Assembly (NCBI GenBank): GCA_014360495.1
Contig: JACIXR010000005.1
Location: forward strand, 24,516-88,515
DNA length: 64,000 bases
DNA from: a bacterium
GTDB lineage: Bacteria; Armatimonadota; JACIXR01
Direction: 5' to 3'
Part shown: positions 57,856 to 64,000 of the stretch, in pieces
Layout of the letters: each line of letters opens with the position of its first letter
Numbering within the stretch: position 1 is the stretch's first letter
Translations under genes and position numbers: made by a program
The notes under the pieces: generated by a model
The model's input: only the letters and a program-made list of their open reading frames with translations
The model's database searches: none
Told to the model about the DNA's origin: nothing

Positions 57856-58830
57856 TTACATAGATATGGTGATGGAAACCACCTTCTTATTTCTTAAGCC
57901 AAATACAACGTGGTATGTTTCGTCGTAGCGGCAGAAGAGAATGCCTCCGCTCTCCGATTGCTCCTCAGGAAATCCGTAAGCATTCAAAATATCGGTGTAA
58001 GAGCTGCCCAAGGTTATTCCCTTTGAAGTGCGGGCTTTTGACCAGCTCGTCCCGCTGACCGTGACTTCCACTACCCTACCCTTGGATTGTAGAAGCGTAA
58101 CACGCAGGGTTACGCCTCCTTTCAGGCGATAAATCCAAAGAACTTTATCTGCTGAAACAGTTTCAGTTTGGGTTGAGGGCATAGCTCCCTGGGTCATAGG
58201 TCCTCCCGCTCCAGAGATGCCTGGCAAGGGGAAGACTCCTCCTTGAGGACCTACTGGTCCACCCATAGGCGTGGCAGTTCCCGCGGGGCGCATCCCTGGC
58301 ATCGGACCCATTCCGGGACCCATCATTCCGGGCATACCGGAACCCATCATCCCAGGCATACCAGAGCCCATCATCCCAGGCATTCTGCCTGCTGAACCGG
58401 GCGCTCCTCCCGTTGAACCGGGCATCATTCCTGGTCCCATCATGCCGGGCATACCAGGTGTCATTCCCGGTCCCATCATACCGGGCATTCCGGGTGTTGC
58501 GCCGGGTCTCATCATTCCGGGCATCCCACCTGCTCCCGGCATAGCTCCGGGACCCATCATCCCCGCACCCATCATCCCTGCCCCGCCCATCCCGGGCATC
58601 ATACCAGGGAAACCGCCAGCTGTGGTCGTAACTCCTACACGGAGCCCAACTACAATCTCGTCAGGTTGTCCGTAAAGCTTCACTACATGGTCCCATGACT
58701 TCCCAAGGGTTATCCCCGCCAGTGTTGTCTCCGTTTGTGTTTGGGTGGGCGTTGCTTCTTGAGCGAACGCTCCAAAACTGACCAGACATAACACGATAAT
58801 CAAACTAACCTTTTTCAACAACTTGTTCAC
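57856..58830 (-). CDS. Secreted protein with a ~155-aa Met/Gly/Pro-rich tandem-repeat core (PGMMG units) flanked by two copies of a GITLGxS...YGxPxE motif (BamE/BLIP-like)
   Basis: Signal peptide MNKLLKKVSLIIVLCLVSFGAFAQE. The low-complexity region is GFPGMMPGMGGAGMMGAGMMGPG...MPGMMGSGMPGMMGPGM. N-terminal GITLGKSWDHVVKLYGQPDE is echoed by C-terminal GITLGSSYTDILNAYGFPEE. Confidence 0.7.
   Translation of the reverse strand: MNKLLKKVSLIIVLCLVSFGAFAQEATPTQTQTETTLAGITLGKSWDHVVKLYGQPDEIVVGLRVGVTTTAGGFPGMMPGMGGAGMMGAGMMGPGAMPGAGGMPGMMRPGATPGMPGMMGPGMTPGMPGMMGPGMMPGSTGGAPGSAGRMPGMMGSGMPGMMGSGMPGMMGPGMGPMPGMRPAGTATPMGGPVGPQGGVFPLPGISGAGGPMTQGAMPSTQTETVSADKVLWIYRLKGGVTLRVTLLQSKGRVVEVTVSGTSWSKARTSKGITLGSSYTDILNAYGFPEEQSESGGILFCRYDETYHVVFGLRNKKVVSITISM
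58270..58640 (-). repeat. Imperfect ~24-nt tandem repeats encoding (S/P)GMPGMMG units inside the Met-rich protein gene
   Basis: Plus-strand iterations such as acccatcattccgggcataccgga, acccatcatcccaggcataccaga and gcccatcatcccaggcat... are visible. Confidence 0.7.
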
Positions 58831-58966
58831 CTCCTAATTTTTAGACGCATATAGAGGCTATTTTGTTTCTTTAATAGGTATTCTAATAGGTAAGCGTTGT
58901 TTGTCAATTATTTTTAGACAAAAATTCATATTGAAGGGTCAGTTTTAATTTTATATAATAATCCAG

Positions 58967-61543
58967 ATGAGGAAAACCCTTTATCTATTGGATGGTCAAG
59001 GCTTAATCTATAGGGCTTATCACGCCCTACCCTATTTATCAACCTCAAAAGGTCTCCCCACAAATGCGATATTCGGTTTTACTTCAATGCTTATTAGACT
59101 TGTTCAGGATTATTCAATTGATTACGCAGTCGCAGCGTTTGATTTGCCCGCTCCCACAGTTCGTCATAAACAATATTCGGCTTATAAAGCGACACGCCCT
59201 CCTATGCCCAGCGACCTTTCCCTGCAAATCCCTTACATTAAGGAGATAACCTCAGCCTTTGGAATAGCTATAAAGGAGATGGAGGGCTACGAAGCGGATG
59301 ATATAATAGCTACCCTCGCCTTGCAGGGCAAGGAGAAAGGGTGGAATGTGTACATACTTTCGGGTGACCTTGATTGTCTGCAAATCGTGGGAGAAAATGT
59401 CAAGCTGCTTATCCCCAGGGTTGGGATGACCGATATTAGAGAAATAGATGAAGAAGCTGTGAAGGAAAGATATGGGGTGCCGCCTTCTAAAATCCCTGAC
59501 TTGAAATCCTTAGCCGGTGATGTCTCGGATAACATCCCGGGCATCCCTGGTTTTGGACCGAAGAAGGCTTCCCAGCTGTTGGAGAAATTTTCCTCCATTG
59601 AGGATATTTATGAACATATTGATGAGCTACCTCCCCAACTGAGAGAGACCCTTTTAGCATATGAGGACATAGTGAGGCGGAATAAGAGCCTTGCGCTTTT
59701 GAAAAGAGACCTTCCCGTGAGCCTTGACGATGTCCCGCCTTTCCGACCGGATTGGGGGCGCATAAGGGAAATCTTACAGGAACTGGAGATGAAGAAGCTT
59801 ATAGAGAGGTTGCCTAACCAAGAAAGCTCCCTATTCGTAAGGGAAGAGGTTCCCCAAAAGATGGTCAAGGAGGTTCAATCCGCAGATGATTTAGGAAAAA
59901 TGTTGGCGAAAACTCCTCAAGAAATAGCCCTTCATATTGGGGAGGGAAAGCTTCATATAGCCACGAAGGGAGGAGAGGTCTTCTCACTGTCTCTTTCCAG
60001 GGGAAAAGATTTATTCGGTTCAATGGACAACGAAATTGAGCCTCTTAAACCCATTCTCTCCGATGAGAAAATTCCCAAATTAGGGCACGACTTAAAGAGC
60101 ATAATGCTTCTTTTAGCCAAGGAGGAAAATGTCTACCTTAAAGGCATAGCCTTTGACACCATGATTGCTTCTTATCTTCTAAATCCAATAAGGGGTGGGC
60201 ATAGGCTTGAGGATGTATATAGAGAGCTCTTGGGAGAGGAATTATCAAATAACCCTTCTTTGCAGGCTCTTTCGCTGTTTGATTTGAGGGAGAAGATGGA
60301 GGAGAGATTGAGAGCTGAAGAGTTGGGACGGGTTTTCTATGAAATAGAGATGCCGCTTTTGAGCGTTCTATTTGATATGGAAATGGTGGGTGTGAAGATT
60401 GATATACCTTTGATGAGGAAGCTATCGGGAGAGTTAACGGAGCGGATGAGGGAGGTTGAAAAGGAGATATACAGGTTAGCGGGTGTGGAGTTCAATATAG
60501 CTTCTCCGAAACAGTTGAGGGAGGTTCTAACTGAACGCTTGAAGATTCCTCTGGGCAAGAAGAAGAAGACCGGCTTATCCACAGATGCTGAGGTATTGGA
60601 ATCGCTTGCCCCTCAATATGAGATTGCAGGGAAGATATTGGAGTGGCGGGAGTTGGCGAAATTCAAGGGAACCTATATTGATGTTTTGCCAAGGCTTGCA
60701 GATAAGGACGGAAGAGTGCATACATCTTTCAATCAGTGTGTTACGGCAACGGGCAGGCTTTCTTCCTCTGAGCCGAACTTGCAAAACATCCCAGTGAGGG
60801 GGGAATGGGCGAAGAGGCTGAGGGGAGCATTCATCAGCGATGAGGGATATGTCCTCATATCCGCTGATTACTCACAGATAGAGCTGAGGGTTCTCGCTCA
60901 TATAAGCGAGGACCCAGCATTGATTGAGGCATTTCAGAAGGGAGCGGATATTCACGCTTTGACAGCTTCATCCCTTTTTGGGATTCCATTGGAGGATGTT
61001 ACAGAGGAGTTGAGAAGGAAAGGAAAGACGGTGAATTTTGGGATTGTTTATGGAATCTCTGAATTCGGGCTTGCAAAGGAGCTTGGCATCTCGGAAAAGG
61101 AAGCCAAGGAATATATAGAGCAATATTTTCAGAAGTTCCCGAAGGTAAAGGAGTATGTGAATAAGACGATTGAGGAGGCGCGGGAGAGGGGCTATGTGAG
61201 GACGATTTTCGGGAGGAAGCGTCCCTTGCCCGAGCTTTTAAGCTCAAATAAGATGGTGAGGGAGTTCGGAAAGAGGGCTGCGATAAACGCTCCTGTGCAA
61301 GGAACGGCTGCGGACTTGATAAAGTTAGCAATGGTGAGGATTCATAGAAGAATAAAGGAGACGGGGTTGCCCATGAAATTGCTCTTGCAGGTTCATGATG
61401 AATTGCTTATAGAGGCGAGAAAAGATGTTAAAGAAGAAGCGAAACAAATCCTTAAAGAGGAGATGGAGAATGTCTATCCTCTTGCCGTCCCTCTGGTCGT
61501 TAAAATCGGGGAAGGAAATAGCTGGGAGGAAATAGGGCACTGA
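58967..61543 (+). CDS. polA: DNA polymerase I
   Basis: 5'-nuclease N-terminus (LLDGQGLIYRAYHAL). Pol A motifs: DYSQIELR, RRKGKTVNFGIVYG, and VHDELLIE within LLLQVHDELLIEAR. 858 aa. Confidence 0.95.
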   Translation: MRKTLYLLDGQGLIYRAYHALPYLSTSKGLPTNAIFGFTSMLIRLVQDYSIDYAVAAFDLPAPTVRHKQYSAYKATRPPMPSDLSLQIPYIKEITSAFGIAIKEMEGYEADDIIATLALQGKEKGWNVYILSGDLDCLQIVGENVKLLIPRVGMTDIREIDEEAVKERYGVPPSKIPDLKSLAGDVSDNIPGIPGFGPKKASQLLEKFSSIEDIYEHIDELPPQLRETLLAYEDIVRRNKSLALLKRDLPVSLDDVPPFRPDWGRIREILQELEMKKLIERLPNQESSLFVREEVPQKMVKEVQSADDLGKMLAKTPQEIALHIGEGKLHIATKGGEVFSLSLSRGKDLFGSMDNEIEPLKPILSDEKIPKLGHDLKSIMLLLAKEENVYLKGIAFDTMIASYLLNPIRGGHRLEDVYRELLGEELSNNPSLQALSLFDLREKMEERLRAEELGRVFYEIEMPLLSVLFDMEMVGVKIDIPLMRKLSGELTERMREVEKEIYRLAGVEFNIASPKQLREVLTERLKIPLGKKKKTGLSTDAEVLESLAPQYEIAGKILEWRELAKFKGTYIDVLPRLADKDGRVHTSFNQCVTATGRLSSSEPNLQNIPVRGEWAKRLRGAFISDEGYVLISADYSQIELRVLAHISEDPALIEAFQKGADIHALTASSLFGIPLEDVTEELRRKGKTVNFGIVYGISEFGLAKELGISEKEAKEYIEQYFQKFPKVKEYVNKTIEEARERGYVRTIFGRKRPLPELLSSNKMVREFGKRAAINAPVQGTAADLIKLAMVRIHRRIKETGLPMKLLLQVHDELLIEARKDVKEEAKQILKEEMENVYPLAVPLVVKIGEGNSWEEIGH

Positions 61544-61547
61544 TTTT

Positions 61548-63044
61548 TTAAGGAGCAATCATATACGCTGTTTCTGGAACGCTCGCCTCTTTCACTTGCC
61601 TTATGTTTACCTTAGCTCCCACTGGCACGGCATCCCCTCTTTCTATCACCTCTTCGCCTTCCTTAACGCCTTCCACTATCTCTATCAAATCCCCAATGGT
61701 TGCCCCCGTTTTTACCTTCTTCTTAACGGCTTTACCATTCTCCACCACCGATACATACCTATCATTGCCTTCTAGATAAACGCATGCTTGGGGGAGGAAG
61801 ATGCCCCTTTTCTTCCCAAGGATTACCCTCGCCCGAGCAAACATGCCGGGCTTTAGCATAAAGGGTGTTTGAGGGAGGGTTATCCTAACGAGAAAAGACC
61901 TGCTGGTAGGGTCACCTGCGGGAGAAATCACGCTTATTTTCTGTTTGAAAGTTCTATCTGGCATAGCATCAAAGACGAGGTCTACCTCCTGCCCCACTCG
62001 CAGGCGGGCGACATCAAGCTCAGAGGCGATACAATCAACATAAGAGGAGCCCGTATCAACTATTACGAAAAGCGGGATGCCTGGTGCGACTATTTCCCCG
62101 ATGTCAACCAATTTGCTGAGCACATATCCGCTTATCGGAGATGTGATATTTGCTTCCTTCAAACTATTAAGGGCAAGATTATAAGCAGCCTTTGCTTGCT
62201 CAACAGCTGCCTTTGCCGCTTCCATATCCTGTTGGCGGATTCTAACCTGTTGCTCTGATGCCTTGGCGAGCTCATACATCGCCTCTGCTTGTCTCACATT
62301 CTGCTCCGCAATCCTTATCTGTTCTTCCCTTGGACCGATCTTCACGAGTTCAAGTTGCTGTCTCGCGGATTCAACCTGCGCCTTTGCAATATCATATTGC
62401 ATTTGGGCGAGGTCCAAGGCTTGCTTCGCTACCGCCCCTTGAGAGTAGAGCATCTTAGTTCGCTGATAATTTGATTCGGCATTCCTTAGGTTCGCTTCTG
62501 CTTGGGCGAGTAGCGCCTCCACTTGCTTAATCTCCTGAGGACGAGCTCCTGTCTTAAGCATTAAAAGGTTTTCCTTAGCAGCGTTTAAAGTCGCCTCTGC
62601 TTGCTGTAGGGAATATTGAAATTGCTGTTTTTGGAGCTCGTAAGCTGTGCGGGCTTGGTCATAGCGGGTTTGAGCGCTTTGCAGAACCGCTTTCGCCTGA
62701 TTAACTTGATTTATAATATCAGATGTATCTATCTGAGCCAGCAATTGCCCTTTATTAACGAAATCTCCTTCCTTGACTAAAACCTTAATTACCCTGCCCG
62801 CTACTTTGCTGGCTACCTTCGTCTGCAGGATAGCGGATATGGAACCGGGCAGGCTAATAGTATCATTTGCTTCAAGAACTTTTGCCCTATAAACATCTAC
62901 AGGATATTCCATAGCGCCGACAACCATTCCTTTAGCCTTTTGGGCACGCATTATGGAAATGCGATGGATGGTTGCCCAAATAACCGCTAAAATCACCAAC
63001 ACCAAAACGATGATAATTGCTCTTTTTAAAGTCTTCATACTCAT
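61548..63044 (-). CDS. HlyD-family periplasmic adaptor (membrane fusion protein) with a long coiled-coil hairpin
   Basis: N-terminal TM, biotinyl/lipoyl-like half (VKEGDFVNKGQLLAQID), ~200-aa Ala/Gln-rich coiled coil, beta-barrel region (ITSPISGYV). Confidence 0.8.
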   Translation of the reverse strand: MSMKTLKRAIIIVLVLVILAVIWATIHRISIMRAQKAKGMVVGAMEYPVDVYRAKVLEANDTISLPGSISAILQTKVASKVAGRVIKVLVKEGDFVNKGQLLAQIDTSDIINQVNQAKAVLQSAQTRYDQARTAYELQKQQFQYSLQQAEATLNAAKENLLMLKTGARPQEIKQVEALLAQAEANLRNAESNYQRTKMLYSQGAVAKQALDLAQMQYDIAKAQVESARQQLELVKIGPREEQIRIAEQNVRQAEAMYELAKASEQQVRIRQQDMEAAKAAVEQAKAAYNLALNSLKEANITSPISGYVLSKLVDIGEIVAPGIPLFVIVDTGSSYVDCIASELDVARLRVGQEVDLVFDAMPDRTFKQKISVISPAGDPTSRSFLVRITLPQTPFMLKPGMFARARVILGKKRGIFLPQACVYLEGNDRYVSVVENGKAVKKKVKTGATIGDLIEIVEGVKEGEEVIERGDAVPVGAKVNIRQVKEASVPETAYMIAP

Positions 63045-64000
63045 CTCGCCTCCGTTATCTCTCCTATTGCTTTATCAAGGTTTATTTTCGCAATATGAAA
63101 ATCAAAAAGCGCATTCACATAATTCACTTCCGCTTGGGTTAAAGCCGCTTGCGTATCCAATAGCTCAACCTGAGTGGACACACCGGCTTGATACCTGACC
63201 TCAGCAAGCCTATAGGCTTCCCTCGCTTGTTCCAGGGTCTTCGTTGCTACTTCCAGCTTTGCTTTGGCATTTTCCAAATTCACATAGGCATTCTTCACTT
63301 CCAGCTTAACGCCGTCCTCCAATTGAGCGAGGTTAGCCTTAAGGGTTTCTATGGTAGCTTGGATACTTTTCTGTTTCGCCTTGTTGAGACCACTATCAAA
63401 AGGGGTGGCAGAAAGGGATAGGACTATGTTCCAGCTGAATTCCCTTGGTGAAAACGATGTAGTTGGATGTTGCCAATTGTATGAGAAACCAAGGGTCAAA
63501 TCTGGATAATTTTCCCTCTTCGTCAAGCGGAGGGTTTCCTCCGCTATCTCTATCCCCAATTTCAAAGCAGCGATTTCCTTCCTATTTTGCATGGCTTTCT
63601 TTATACAATCCTCAAGCGATAATGTGGGCTCTTCGGGAGCTTTAACCTCGTCATGGAGTTCTATTGGAGTAGTGGGGTCAACTCCCATAGTGTTAAGGAG
63701 AGCGGATTTAGCCACTTCATAGGCATTTTGGACGCTGAGAAGTTGCTGTCTTATATTCGCCAAGTTGACTTCCGCTCTGAGGACATCAAACTGGGGAACG
63801 GTGCCCGCCTCGTAAGCTGCCTTAGCTACCCTTAAATGTTCCTCCGCCGCCTTTAAGGTCGTTTCAAATATAGCGATGCTCTTCTTCGCCTGAAGAGCTT
63901 GGAGGAAGGCTCTTTTAGTAGTGGTTATGACATCCTCTCTCGTTCTCTCATAATCTATCTCTGCCTGGTCTATTGAGAGGGAAGCGGCTTTTTCTCTAAG
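63041..64000 (-). CDS. TolC-family outer-membrane efflux protein, C-terminal ~320 aa; the N-terminus lies beyond the window end
   Basis: The minus-strand frame stays open from 64000 to the stop at 63041. It shows TolC-type repeats (...AKAAYEAGTVPQFDVLRAEVNLANIRQQLL... and ...AEVRYQAGVSTQVELLDTQAALTQAEVNYVNALFDFHIAKINL). The track ORF merely begins at an internal TTG. Confidence 0.8.
   Translation of the reverse strand, partial: LREKAASLSIDQAEIDYERTREDVITTTKRAFLQALQAKKSIAIFETTLKAAEEHLRVAKAAYEAGTVPQFDVLRAEVNLANIRQQLLSVQNAYEVAKSALLNTMGVDPTTPIELHDEVKAPEEPTLSLEDCIKKAMQNRKEIAALKLGIEIAEETLRLTKRENYPDLTLGFSYNWQHPTTSFSPREFSWNIVLSLSATPFDSGLNKAKQKSIQATIETLKANLAQLEDGVKLEVKNAYVNLENAKAKLEVATKTLEQAREAYRLAEVRYQAGVSTQVELLDTQAALTQAEVNYVNALFDFHIAKINLDKAIGEITEAR

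Noticed and set aside
58271-58675. Plus-strand 134-aa ORF rich in PGIIPG
   Set aside because: It is the antisense shadow of the tandem-repeat region of the Met-rich protein gene. The minus-strand gene has a signal peptide and a proper stop.
1-64000. CRISPR arrays, rRNA genes, IS elements or integrases
   Set aside because: No regularly spaced direct repeats, no transposase or integrase-like ORFs and no rRNA-like conserved stretches were seen.

Overview
This window is 64 kb of bacterial chromosome at roughly 50% GC. Genes sit in long, tightly packed operons, and many neighbouring genes overlap by 4 bp (ATGA/ATGG junctions), a pattern consistent with translational coupling. Some genes use TTG or GTG start codons. 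The tonB/exbBD, tolC/hlyD, DUF1559 pseudopilin and BamE-like content point to a diderm organism. The many H-X9-DG prepilin-like proteins suggest a PVC-like or candidate-phylum lineage, but I cannot place it further.

Content is mixed. Housekeeping genes include glnA, glyA, rpiB, tyrS, purM, smpB, cca, dnaG, rpoD and polA. Cell-envelope nucleotide-sugar genes include a WecA-like transferase, wecB, an RmlA-like and an RmlC-like enzyme, GT4 and DegT. There are many carbohydrate-active enzymes: a 1431-aa GH2 with a discoidin domain, a GH20-like protein, a GNAT-GH38 fusion, an FGE-like enzyme, and two large unknowns of about 800 aa. A putative FtsX/ABC-ExbB/ExbD/TonB operon and one tRNA-Met(CAT) are also present. 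I found no CRISPR array, rRNA, transposase or integrase.

The points most worth following up are:
- A secreted protein with a Met/Gly/Pro-rich tandem-repeat core (PGMMG units) inserted between two BamE/BLIP-like motif copies.
- Two genes reduced to adjacent out-of-frame fragments by internal deletions: a paaK remnant, and a DExH helicase N-terminus joined to a DUF559 endonuclease C-terminal remnant.
- A GNAT fused to a GH38-like mannosidase.
- An orphan radical SAM enzyme with an unusual Cys/His-rich C-terminus.
- An orphan LarA homolog embedded in a glycan-biosynthesis operon.
- An AraC(PocR)-pseudopilin-membrane-806-aa secreted protein cluster.
- A leader region with mutually exclusive hairpins ahead of the ABC/Ton operon.
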